From the NCBI GenBank assembly GCA_021636625.1, contig JAJWLX010000004.1:48004-112003 (forward strand): a DNA stretch of 64,000 bases. The letters run 5' to 3'. Shown in pieces: positions 19,437 to 29,076 of the stretch (its first letter is position 1; each line of letters starts with the position of its first letter). The stretch comes from Prevotella sp. Lineage in GTDB: Bacteria; Bacteroidota; Bacteroidia; Bacteroidales; Bacteroidaceae. The translations under genes and the position numbers were made by a program. The notes below the pieces were generated by a model. It was given only the letters and a program-made list of their open reading frames with translations. It searched no databases and was not told the DNA's origin.

Positions 19437-19463
19437 TCTATCAAATACGATGAAACGGAATCT

Positions 19464-19850
19464 TTATTTTTCATACAATTCTATCGGCAAACCATCTGGG
19501 TCACTGAAGAATACAAATCGCTTGTCAGTATATTCATCCGTGCGTATAGGCTCATGAGCGATGCCTTTACTGTCAAGTTCATCAATTGCATCCGAAAGAT
19601 CATCTACCTCAAAAGCAAGATGGCGCAGACCGGCTGCTTCCGGATAGGAAGGACGTGCTGGTGGGTTAGGGAAGGAGAATAACTCGATGACATAGTTGTC
19701 ATCAAGCCAGCAGTCAGCTTTCCATGAGTCACGTTCCTTACGATAGTTTTCACTCATGATCTTCATTCCGAGCACATCTGTGTAGAAATGCTTGGATTTC
19801 ACATAGTCGGAGCAAATCACGGCTATATGATGGATTTTGTTAAGTTTCAT
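19464..19850 (-). CDS. VOC (glyoxalase/bleomycin-resistance) family protein
   Basis: 128 aa with a HIAVICSDYVKSKHFYTDVLGM glyoxalase-fold N-terminus. Confidence 0.8.
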   Translation of the reverse strand: MKLNKIHHIAVICSDYVKSKHFYTDVLGMKIMSENYRKERDSWKADCWLDDNYVIELFSFPNPPARPSYPEAAGLRHLAFEVDDLSDAIDELDSKGIAHEPIRTDEYTDKRFVFFSDPDGLPIELYEK

Positions 19851-20384
19851 ATCTTATGAATGTTTAAATGTGGGTAATGCCCAAGACCTTACGCTGGGAT
19901 TTCATTACTTCTTGAATATTCATGCCATTAAGTGCGTTATATTGTACTTATTGTGCAAAAATAATAAATATTTTCAGATTTCGCAAGATAAAGTACAATA
20001 TCGCATTCTTATTTATAATATATTATACTATTATTGAACTTTTCTTTGAGTTTTGCCATATTTTCATTAACTTTGCCTGTAAAACTATCATTAAGGTTAT
20101 GACTTAACTCCTCAGCGACTGCAGGGAGCGATAACTCCTTTAACTTCTGAACTTGCAAAACTTGAATATACAATGGTATTTTGAGCCGATTCAACATAAA
20201 GTCACCTTCAGAAATAGCTTCTCAAAAACAGCAATTCAACTCTTATTCTCCTTTCACGACCACCATAGTATGCACATAATCAATTATTAAAGTGTGAAAG
20301 GAGAATTCTGTACCCCTATGGGCATGGTAAGCGGCAATGTTGTGCCATAGTGAGGCAATAAGCGATACAAGCCGCTTTACGCCT

Positions 20385-20492
20385 CGTCAGTACTATCATG
20401 GCAACCTCTCAGTAACGTCTTTGCGCCTTGTAAGTACTATCATTGTTGCTTGTAAGTGCTATCATAGTTGCTTGTAAGTACTATCATCGTTG
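20385..20492. repeat. 22-bp tandem repeat (TTGCTTGTAAGT[A/G]CTATCATNG) x3, plus one spaced partial copy
   Basis: The GT[A/G]CTATCAT core occurs at 20390, 20434, 20456 and 20478. The last three are exactly 22 bp apart. Confidence 0.8.
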
Positions 20493-20584
20493 CATCGGTT
20501 TTACGTAAATAGTCTTCGGAGTAACCTTTACTTGTTGTCGGAAGAATTAATGTTATAAGCCGGAGAAGCCTATATCTTCAGCCG

Positions 20585-20644
20585 CACAACAGCTGTTGTG
20601 CGCTCGTCCAACAGCTGATGTGCACATGCACAACACGTGTTGTG
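20585..20644. promoter_or_regulatory. three 16-bp palindromic sites (CACAACA-N2-TGTTGTG) phased at 22 bp
   Basis: Perfect CACAACAGCTGTTGTG at 20585-20600. Degenerate CCAACAGCTGATGTG at 20607-20622. Perfect CACAACACGTGTTGTG at 20629-20644. Confidence 0.5.
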
Positions 20645-20692
20645 CACACGTCAATCAGCTGGTGGGCGATTTCAATATCCGCTGCTCCTTCT

Positions 20693-21559
20693 CTAGAAGT
20701 CGCAAGGCAGGGCGGAGAGCTGCTGCATGATGGTCTTTGCCATACGGGCATGACCGGAATCATTAGGATGAAGACGGTCGGTATCCGGCTTGTTGAACAT
20801 CTGGGCGCCAGCATCGTAAAGAGGGAAGAGACCCGAAAGGGAGTTGAGGTCGATAACTGGCACTGCCCATACATTGCCTGCCTCCTTGATAGCCTTCACG
20901 TATTCATCAAAGAAAAGACCACGGGCGTTTTCGTACATCTCATCTGGCTGGATATTCTTGTCACCAGATGCAAAGTAAGCACGATGTACTGGTGTCATTA
21001 CTACAATTTGCTTGGTAGGATACATCTGCTTCAGTTTCGACATGGCGATGTTGATACGACCTTTCAGGGTGTTCTTATCCATGGCAAAATGGCGATGGCG
21101 ACGTTGAATCATTTCGCTTGGCTTGTGGCGGGCTACTCTCACACTGTCGAAAGTCTCCGTGTACCATTCGCCGATAGGCACACCATTGTTATAATCGTTG
21201 GTACCCATAAAGATAAGGATGGCATCAAAATCGTCGCCATGCTCTTTCTGGAGCTTATCTGCCTGGCGGGGAATGTCGTTCCACTGTCTGCCGCTTACAC
21301 CATAAACGTATGGGGTGATGCGGAGCCAATCCTGCAGGAATCCCCAGTATTTCACTTTAGAAGCCTTGATGTTCGGATCTGTGATGGAGTCACCGAAGTA
21401 AGCCACCTTCTTGCCTTTCCAAGGATGCTGAAGGTTCTTGAAAGCCTTTTCTTTTTCGGCGATTTCTTTCTTGCTCATCGCCTTTTGGGCGAAGGCGGGC
21501 ATGGTTGGCATCGCCAAAGTCAAGGCGAGTGCCAGGGTAATCATTGTTTGTTTCTTCAT
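20693..21559 (-). CDS. SGNH/GDSL family hydrolase (secreted)
   Basis: Signal peptide. GDSL block KKVAYFGDSITDPN. Family catalytic-His block DRLHPNDSGH near the C-terminus. Confidence 0.8.
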   Translation of the reverse strand: MKKQTMITLALALTLAMPTMPAFAQKAMSKKEIAEKEKAFKNLQHPWKGKKVAYFGDSITDPNIKASKVKYWGFLQDWLRITPYVYGVSGRQWNDIPRQADKLQKEHGDDFDAILIFMGTNDYNNGVPIGEWYTETFDSVRVARHKPSEMIQRRHRHFAMDKNTLKGRINIAMSKLKQMYPTKQIVVMTPVHRAYFASGDKNIQPDEMYENARGLFFDEYVKAIKEAGNVWAVPVIDLNSLSGLFPLYDAGAQMFNKPDTDRLHPNDSGHARMAKTIMQQLSALPCDF

Positions 21560-21718
21560 TGCTAGTTTGTTTTTAATTCTTTTTCTGAGTGCAAAGGTAC
21601 GTCAAAAATCTCATACCGAGCTATATTTTTTGTTCAAATATCACTCTTTTTCTGCTTTTTTTTGTAATTTTGCAGCCGCTAATAGAAATGAGTAATTATA
21701 ATAGGTATATTATTAAGG

Positions 21719-22900
21719 ATGACAGTCAGTTTGAGTAATTTAAGTAATTTGAGTGATTTGGCGTGCAAGCGAGTGGCAGTTGCGGCTTATTATTTTGTAC
21801 CGGGAGTGGTGTTTGCCAGTTGGGCAAGCCGTATTCCGGATGTAAAACAGATGTTGCATCTGAGCAACGGCCAGCTGGGAACAGTGCTCTTTGCCATCCC
21901 TATCGGCCAGCTTCTGATGATGGCTTTCTCGGGTATTCTGGTGAGTAGATTTGGCAGCAAGAAGATGCTGGTTCTCTCTGAGTTGCTCTATGTTCTGGTT
22001 CTTTTCTGCATCGGTAGCAGTACTACGGTTTTTCATCTGATTTTGAGTCTTATTGCTTTCGGAATGATGGCGAATCTGATGAACATTGCCACCAATACGC
22101 AGGCATGTCTGGTAGAGAAGATGTATGGGCGCAACATCATGTCATCGTTTCATGGTCTGTGGAGTCTGGGGGGATTCTCCGGTGGTATCATCGGTGCCAT
22201 CTTTGCCAATACTTTACTCCCGATAGATGTCCACTTTGGAACTATTCTGGTTCTGAGTATTCTCATCGTTGCTGTCGGTTTCCGCTTTCTTGTTAATGAT
22301 GCCATGGCGAAAGCAGAAGAGGAGGATGTTCCGAAGTTCTCTTTCAAAAACATCGACCCGATTCTGTTCCTCTTGGGACTGATGGGATTTGCAGGCATGT
22401 TCTGTGAAGGTACCGTTTACGATTGGAGTAGCGTATATTTCTCATCAGTAGTAAAACCCGATGAGGCTTTTATCCGTGCGGGCTATGTGGCTGGCATGGG
22501 AGCGATGACTCTGGGTAGATTCCTTGCCGATGGGTTTGTTACGAAATACGGCCCAGCCAGAGTATTGAAGATTTGTGGTGGTTTGATATTGGGCGGTTTG
22601 TGGCTGGCTGCTGCCTTGCCTTATCTGATTCCTGCCACTTTGGGCTTCCTGCTGGTAGGTTTCGGCATCTCTTCATCGGTGCCTATCTGCTACAGCATCG
22701 CCGGAAAGCTGGGGACTATTAAGGCAAGCATTGCCATCACCATCGTTTCGAGCATCAGTTTCTTTGGTTTCCTGGTAGGACCACCGGTTATCGGATGGCT
22801 TGCAGAGGCTACCGGACTTCGTATCGCCATCAGCATCGCAGCCTGTCTGGGCTTGATGATTGCGTTTGTTGCCGCAAAGGTAGGAAAGAGAATATCTTGA
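21719..22900 (+). CDS. MFS transporter
   Basis: 12-TM hydrophobic profile, 393 aa. Confidence 0.75.
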   Translation: MTVSLSNLSNLSDLACKRVAVAAYYFVPGVVFASWASRIPDVKQMLHLSNGQLGTVLFAIPIGQLLMMAFSGILVSRFGSKKMLVLSELLYVLVLFCIGSSTTVFHLILSLIAFGMMANLMNIATNTQACLVEKMYGRNIMSSFHGLWSLGGFSGGIIGAIFANTLLPIDVHFGTILVLSILIVAVGFRFLVNDAMAKAEEEDVPKFSFKNIDPILFLLGLMGFAGMFCEGTVYDWSSVYFSSVVKPDEAFIRAGYVAGMGAMTLGRFLADGFVTKYGPARVLKICGGLILGGLWLAAALPYLIPATLGFLLVGFGISSSVPICYSIAGKLGTIKASIAITIVSSISFFGFLVGPPVIGWLAEATGLRIAISIAACLGLMIAFVAAKVGKRIS

Positions 22901-22950
22901 ATGAGATGAATATCTTGAAAACAAGATGAATATCTGAATAAAAATACAAA

Positions 22951-22987
22951 AAAACCGTGGATGTAAGGAAGCATCCACGGTTTTTTG
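22951..22987 (+). terminator. rho-independent terminator after the MFS gene
   Basis: aaaaaaaccgtggatg taaggaagc atccacggtttttt: a 9-bp stem followed by a T-run. Confidence 0.7.
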
Positions 22988-23156
22988 TTATATAAATACA
23001 TTGATGTTTCTTATACTTCTTCGCAAACCACTATTTTTTATGAATATCAGAATGGCTATCGTAAGATTCTCCATTATTTTCCGCTTTTATTCTATTCCAT
23101 CTTTCCGATAAAAGTGATACCTTTGCACCCGGAAAAAACAAATAAAAACAACTAGC

Positions 23157-24545
23157 ATGGAAACAATAAACAAAAGATTTGTGTATTTCATCTGTCTGGT
23201 ATCGGCGATGGGTGGATTGCTGTTCGGTTACGATTGGGTAGTGATTGGTGGTGCCAAACCCTTCTACGAACTGTATTATCAGATAGCCGATAACCCTTCA
23301 GACCAAGGTTTGGCGATGACCATCGCCTTGATAGGCTGTCTGATAGGAGCGATGCTCTGCGGTTCGCTTGCCGACCGTATCGGAAGAAAGAAGCTTCTGA
23401 TTGTTGCCGCCCTGATCTTTTTCTTCTCGGCAATAGCAACGGGAATAGCTGACACCTTCAGCTACTTTCTGGTGGCCCGTTTCTTCGGAGGCATCGGTAT
23501 CGGAGTGGCTTCTGGACTTTCACCTATGTATATTGCAGAAGTGGCACCTACCTCCATCAGAGGAAAACTGGTTTCTTTGAACCAATTGACCATCGTGCTT
23601 GGTATTCTGGCGGCGCAGATAACCAACTGGCTGATAGCAGAACCTATCCCAGTTTCTTTCTCCTCAGCAGATATTGCTGCATCCTGGAATGGGCAGATGG
23701 CTTGGCGATGGATGTTCTGGGCGGCAGCCTTTCCTGCGGCAGTATTCTGTGTGATGGCTTGCTTCATTCCAGAAAGCCCCCGTTGGCTGGCTATGAAAAA
23801 TAGAGAAAAGAAAGCTTTCGTTACATTGAATAAGATAGGTGGAAACAGCTATGCACAGGCTGAGTCGCAGGCCGTGAGAGAGGCAAACGAAAAGGACTCC
23901 TCGCAGGCAGGACTGAAGACTTTGTTCAGCAAGCCTTATCGCAAGGTGCTCCTGCTGGGTGTGGTGGTTGCCTTCTTCCAACAATGGTGCGGAACGAATG
24001 TCATCTTCAATTATGCGCAGGAGATATTCCAGTCGGCAGGTTATGCTATCGGCGATGTGCTTTTCAATATCGTGGTAACGGGAATAGCCAATGTTATCTT
24101 TACATTTGTGGCCATCTTCACGGTAGATAAATGGGGTAGAAAGGCTTTGATGAAACTGGGTGCCGGCGGACTTTGCGGCATCTATCTTATTCTGGGCATC
24201 TGTTATTTCTTCCAGATTACAGGATGGTTTATGATCGTGCTGGTAGTGGCAGCCATCGCCTGCTATGCCATGACGCTGGGGCCTGTTACCTGGGTGCTTC
24301 TGGCAGAAATCTTCCCTAACAGGGTGCGTGCCGTGGCGGTAGCTACCAGTACCTTTGCCCTCTGGGTGGGAAGTTCTACGCTTACTTATACATTCCCATT
24401 GCTCAATGTGGCACTGGGCAGTTATGGTACCTTCTGGATTTATAGTGCAGTATGTCTGGGTGGTTTCCTCTTCGTCTCTTTACTGTTACCTGAGACCAAA
24501 GGCAAATCGCTCGAAGAATTGGAAAAAGAATTAATAAAACATTAA
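23157..24545 (+). CDS. sugar porter family MFS transporter (xylose/arabinose:H+ symporter-like)
   Basis: Sugar-porter signatures GYDWVVIGGAKPF, DRIGRKK, PESPRWL and PETKGKSLEELE. Confidence 0.9.
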   Translation: METINKRFVYFICLVSAMGGLLFGYDWVVIGGAKPFYELYYQIADNPSDQGLAMTIALIGCLIGAMLCGSLADRIGRKKLLIVAALIFFFSAIATGIADTFSYFLVARFFGGIGIGVASGLSPMYIAEVAPTSIRGKLVSLNQLTIVLGILAAQITNWLIAEPIPVSFSSADIAASWNGQMAWRWMFWAAAFPAAVFCVMACFIPESPRWLAMKNREKKAFVTLNKIGGNSYAQAESQAVREANEKDSSQAGLKTLFSKPYRKVLLLGVVVAFFQQWCGTNVIFNYAQEIFQSAGYAIGDVLFNIVVTGIANVIFTFVAIFTVDKWGRKALMKLGAGGLCGIYLILGICYFFQITGWFMIVLVVAAIACYAMTLGPVTWVLLAEIFPNRVRAVAVATSTFALWVGSSTLTYTFPLLNVALGSYGTFWIYSAVCLGGFLFVSLLLPETKGKSLEELEKELIKH

Positions 24546-24551
24546 ATAATT

Positions 24552-27500
24552 ATGGTTAAAGCTTGGAGAGAAACAGTGGTGATTCCAACTTATGAGGTTG
24601 GAACCCCTGAGAAGAATCCTATTTTCCTGGAGAAACGAGTTTATCAGGGTTCGAGTGGAGTGGTTTATCCTTATCCGGTCATTGAGCGTATCAGCGATGA
24701 AAAGGTGGATAAGGAGTGGCATGCCATCTGGATTGAGAATGAATACATCAAGGTGATGATTCTGCCCGAGTTGGGTGGTCGTGTGCAGATGGCATACGAT
24801 AAGATTAAGCAGCGTCACTTTGTATATTATAATCATGTCATCAAACCGGCATTGGTGGGGTTGACTGGTCCGTGGATCAGCGGTGGCATTGAGTTCAACT
24901 GGCCTCAGCACCATCGTCCTAGTACCTATCTCCCAGTGGATAGCACCATCGAGGAGAACGAGGATGGATCTGTTACCGTATGGGTGAGCGAAACAGAAAA
25001 GATGTTCCACCAGAAGGGTATGGCAGGCTTTACCCTGCGCCCAGGCAAGGCTTACTTGGAAATCAAGGGTCAGCTCTACAACCGCACCAACGTGCCTCAG
25101 ACTTTCCTCTGGTGGGCGAACCCTGCCGTGGCTGTGAACGATTATTACCAGAGTGTGTTCCCGCCAGATATCAATGCCGTATTCGATCATGGCAAGCGTG
25201 CCGTCAGCAGTTTCCCTATCGCTACGGGTACCTATTACAAGATGGATTATTCGGCCGGTGTCGATATATCCAATTATAAGAACATCAAGGTTCCTACATC
25301 TTATATGGGTGTCAACTCAATGTATGATTTCGAGGGTGGTTATGAGAATGATACCCAGGCTGGTATGCTTCATGTAGCCAATCATCATGTATCTCCGGGT
25401 AAGAAGCAGTGGACCTGGGGTAATGGTGATTTCGGACAGGCCTGGGACCGCAACCTTACCGATGAGGATGGTCCATATATCGAGTTGATGGCAGGTGTAT
25501 TTACCGAAAACCAACCCGACTTTACCTGGCTGATGCCATACGAAGAGAAGCGCTTCACCCAGTATTTCATGCCTTATAGAGAGTTGGGCGTAGTGAAGGA
25601 TGCCACCAAGGACCTGATTATGAACATTGACTTTGTGGATGATCAGGGAAATGTAACCCAGGAAAACACTTCAGGCAAGGTGAACTTCAAGGTGTTTGCC
25701 ACTTCCAAGCAGGAGGTGAGGGTGATTCTTGATGATAAGGAAGGGGAATGCTATAATAAAGTGGTGACTCTTAGTCCGGAAGAGGTTCTGGATGAGACGA
25801 TAGAGGTAGGAGATTGCTCATGGTATAATTTGTCTTTCTCTATCGAGTCACTGGATGGTAAGTACCTGATGCTTTGGGAACATGAGAATGATAAAATCCG
25901 TCCGATTCCAGACCCAGCTGAGGCTGCCTTGCTTCCTGAGCAGATCAAGACCAACGACCAGCTCTACCTGACGGGTCTTCATCTGGAGCAGTATCGCCAT
26001 GCAACCTATAATCCGGTGGATTATTACGAGGAGGCACTCCGCCGTGATCCTATGGATTACCGATGCAACAATGCCCTGGGATTGTGGTACATTCGCAAGT
26101 GCCGTTTCGACAAGGCTGAGAAGTATCTGCGTCGTGCCGTGAAGGTCTTGATGAAGCGCAATCCTAATCCATACGATGGTGAACCTATTTACAACCTCGG
26201 TCTTGTCTTGAAATATCAGGGTAATATCTGGGAGGCATACGATATGTTCTACAAATCAACCTGGAATGGTGCATGGCAGGATGCCGGCTTCTTTGAGTGT
26301 GCCCAGATTTCCGTGATGCAGCATCGTATGGATGATGCAAGTGAGGAAATCGAGAACAGTCTGATTCGCAATACCCATAATCACAAGGCTCGTGCTTTGA
26401 AGGCTGCTATTCTCAGATTGACTGATAAGAAGGATGAAGCTGTCGCTTGGTGCGAGGAGTCTTTGAAGATAGACCAGTTTAACTATGGTTGTCTCTTCGA
26501 ACTCTTCCTCTCTACGGACAACAAGAAGTATCTTGACAAGATGGTAGAGATGATGCATGGCATGCCGAACAACTATGATGAGTTGGCGCTCGATTATACT
26601 GGTGCCGGTCTTTATGGTGAGGCTCTGAAGGTTTTGCAGGCAGCTATTGATAACAAGGCTGTTACTCCGATGACTTATTATTATCTGGGTTGGGTACTTC
26701 GCAAGAAGGATACGGATGATTGGGAGATTGCTGAATCTGCTTATGACCAGGCTTCGAAATATCCATCAGACTACTGCTTCCCTAACCGTCCTGAGGCAGT
26801 TCTGGCATTGAAAGATGCCATGCATATGAATGGGAAGGATGCCAAGGCCCCTTATTATCTGGGTTGTCTCTATTACGACAAGCGCCAGTATGATGTGGCG
26901 ATGGAGGTATGGAGAGAGTCGGCAGAAATTGATCCTAAGTTCCCTACCGTATGGCGTAACCTCGCACTCGGATTGTTTAACAAGGAGCACAAGGGCGAGG
27001 AGGCTGTGAAGTATATGGAGAAGGCCTTTCAGCTTGATGCCTCCGATGCCCGTATTCTGATGGAGTTGGATCAGCTGTATAAGCGTCTGGGCTATGACCA
27101 TGCGATGCGCCTGAAATATCTTCAGCAATATCCGGAGTTGATAGCCAAGCGTGATGACCTGCTCTTGGAAGAAATCACGCTTCTGAATCAGACGGGTAAC
27201 TATGCAGAGGCGATGAAGAAGCTGGATTCTCATCAGTTCCATCCATGGGAAGGTGGCGAAGGAAAGGTGAGCGGACAGTATCAGCTCTGCCGACTGGAAT
27301 TGGCTAAGAAGGCTTTGGTAGCTAAGGATTACTATACTGCCATCTCGCTGCTTGAGGAATGTCTGGTTTATCCGCATCATCTTGGAGAAGGCAAGCTCTA
27401 TGGTGCACAGGAGAATGATTTCTATTATTTCCTAGGTTGTGCATACGCAGCAAAGGGTATGGCAGATAAGGCGAAGGAGTGCTGGGAAGAAGCAACCAAG

Positions 27501-27884
27501 GGACCTCAGGAACCAGCTGCTGCCATGTATTACAATGATGCCAAGCCTGACAAGATTTTCTATCAGGGATTGGCTCTCCTGAAACTGGGCAGAGTGGATG
27601 AGGCTCATGGCCGATTCTATAAGCTCGTGAATTATGGTAAGAATCATCTCTTCGATGAGGTAGTGATGGATTACTTTGCCGTATCATTGCCTGATTTGCA
27701 GATTTGGGAGGGAGATTTGAATCTCTCTAATCAGATACATTGCAAGTACATGCTTGCCCTTGGTTTCTATGGCTTGGGCGATAAGAAGCATGCTGAGCGT
27801 TATCTGAAAGAGGCTTCCCGGTTGGATAAGAATCATTTGGGTATCTTGTCATTCAAGAGTTTGATAGAATTAGGTTTGTTGTGA
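24552..27884 (+). CDS. DUF5107 domain protein with a C-terminal TPR-repeat region (1110 aa)
   Basis: The N-terminus MVKAWRETVVIPTYEVGTPEKNPIFLEKRVYQGSSGVVYPYP is characteristic of DUF5107. TPR-like repeats run from about aa 480 onward. Confidence 0.7.
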   Translation: MVKAWRETVVIPTYEVGTPEKNPIFLEKRVYQGSSGVVYPYPVIERISDEKVDKEWHAIWIENEYIKVMILPELGGRVQMAYDKIKQRHFVYYNHVIKPALVGLTGPWISGGIEFNWPQHHRPSTYLPVDSTIEENEDGSVTVWVSETEKMFHQKGMAGFTLRPGKAYLEIKGQLYNRTNVPQTFLWWANPAVAVNDYYQSVFPPDINAVFDHGKRAVSSFPIATGTYYKMDYSAGVDISNYKNIKVPTSYMGVNSMYDFEGGYENDTQAGMLHVANHHVSPGKKQWTWGNGDFGQAWDRNLTDEDGPYIELMAGVFTENQPDFTWLMPYEEKRFTQYFMPYRELGVVKDATKDLIMNIDFVDDQGNVTQENTSGKVNFKVFATSKQEVRVILDDKEGECYNKVVTLSPEEVLDETIEVGDCSWYNLSFSIESLDGKYLMLWEHENDKIRPIPDPAEAALLPEQIKTNDQLYLTGLHLEQYRHATYNPVDYYEEALRRDPMDYRCNNALGLWYIRKCRFDKAEKYLRRAVKVLMKRNPNPYDGEPIYNLGLVLKYQGNIWEAYDMFYKSTWNGAWQDAGFFECAQISVMQHRMDDASEEIENSLIRNTHNHKARALKAAILRLTDKKDEAVAWCEESLKIDQFNYGCLFELFLSTDNKKYLDKMVEMMHGMPNNYDELALDYTGAGLYGEALKVLQAAIDNKAVTPMTYYYLGWVLRKKDTDDWEIAESAYDQASKYPSDYCFPNRPEAVLALKDAMHMNGKDAKAPYYLGCLYYDKRQYDVAMEVWRESAEIDPKFPTVWRNLALGLFNKEHKGEEAVKYMEKAFQLDASDARILMELDQLYKRLGYDHAMRLKYLQQYPELIAKRDDLLLEEITLLNQTGNYAEAMKKLDSHQFHPWEGGEGKVSGQYQLCRLELAKKALVAKDYYTAISLLEECLVYPHHLGEGKLYGAQENDFYYFLGCAYAAKGMADKAKECWEEATKGPQEPAAAMYYNDAKPDKIFYQGLALLKLGRVDEAHGRFYKLVNYGKNHLFDEVVMDYFAVSLPDLQIWEGDLNLSNQIHCKYMLALGFYGLGDKKHAERYLKEASRLDKNHLGILSFKSLIELGLL

Positions 27885-27925
27885 AAGCTGTCTGCTTTCT
27901 CATAGGATTTTAAGTTGTATGTCGA

Positions 27926-27970
27926 GTCCCTACGTCTATTGTTAAAATAGATGTAGGGACCTTTTTCTTT
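27926..27970. terminator. bidirectional terminator between the convergent DUF5107 and AraC genes
   Basis: gtccctacgtctat tgttaaaa tagatgtagggac followed by ctttttc. Confidence 0.7.
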
Positions 27971-27972
27971 TG

Positions 27973-28878
27973 TCATTTCTTGGATTCTCGGTATTTCTTA
28001 GGTGATATTCCCACGATTTTGGAGAATAGGCGTGAGAAATAGAAGGAATCTTCGAATCCCATCTTATAGCTTATCTGGTTGATTTTCATATCTGTGGTAT
28101 CCAGCAGCTCACAGGCTTTCTTGATCTTCAGCTTATTAAAATAACTCAACGGACTGTGACCCGTGGCACCCTTGAAGATGGCAGAGAAATGGGAATTGGA
28201 ATATCCGGTATATTCTGCCAGATCGTGCAGTGTGATGGATTGCTCTATATTCTCCTCCATATATTTCAAGGCAGCATTGATGATGCTATGTGTCTCGTTA
28301 TCATTTTGTTCCTCTCTCTTGTGGAATTTCCTGTATTGTGGCATATAGCGCAACGAACCGAGATAGAAATGCAGGAGCGATGAGGTGTATCGCAGGTTTT
28401 CCAGGGTATATCCATCGGATAGGGTCAGAAACATATCTTCGAAGATGTTGTTTCTGTCAGCTATTCTTGAATTCAGATTGGGGGATATGGTGGTTGGCAT
28501 CTCTGCACCTTCGGCATAGATGTGTGCCAATGTTCCACAGAAGTGAATCCAATAGATGGTCCAGGGATCGCCGTTGTTGGAGGCATAGGCATGGGGTGTA
28601 TTGGCTGGCACGATGAAGTATTGGTTGGCTTTTACTTTATATTGCTTGCCATTGATGCTGTAATGTCCGCTGCCCTTTACACAATAGATAAGCACGCATT
28701 GGTCGATGGACTCCGTCCGTTCTCTATAATGATAGGTAGCATGTGGATAGTAGCCTATGTCTGTGATATGCAAGGTCCGCAATACCGGGTCAGATTCTGC
28801 CAGATCCAGAATCATCTCCGGCATTACCAATGAGCGTTCCCCTTGAAATCCGTTTTTTATTTTGATATTTTCCTTCAT
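27973..28878 (-). CDS. AraC-family transcriptional regulator (cupin sensor plus HTH)
   Basis: C-terminal HTH_AraC TLHDLAEYTGYSNSHFSAIFKGATGHSPLSYFNKLKIKKACELL. Start reassigned to MKENIKIKNG. Confidence 0.85.
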   Translation of the reverse strand: MKENIKIKNGFQGERSLVMPEMILDLAESDPVLRTLHITDIGYYPHATYHYRERTESIDQCVLIYCVKGSGHYSINGKQYKVKANQYFIVPANTPHAYASNNGDPWTIYWIHFCGTLAHIYAEGAEMPTTISPNLNSRIADRNNIFEDMFLTLSDGYTLENLRYTSSLLHFYLGSLRYMPQYRKFHKREEQNDNETHSIINAALKYMEENIEQSITLHDLAEYTGYSNSHFSAIFKGATGHSPLSYFNKLKIKKACELLDTTDMKINQISYKMGFEDSFYFSRLFSKIVGISPKKYRESKK

Positions 28879-29076
28879 ATTCTTGTTTCTGTTTGGAATA
28901 TCCAAAGTTGATTTTTCCTTTATTCTCTGCAAAAATACAAAAAAATATTGGTAGGGATTCGATTATGACTGAAAAAACAATGAATAAGAAGATAATCTAT
29001 GTTTATTGTACAAAATTATAGGTAAATATTGCCTTTATATTTGTAACTTTGCCCACAAATTTAAAAAACACTATAA

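Noticed and set aside
27918-27932. tRNA T-loop-like gtcgagtccc
   Set aside because: It is part of the stem of the 27926-27970 terminator hairpin. There is no cloverleaf context.
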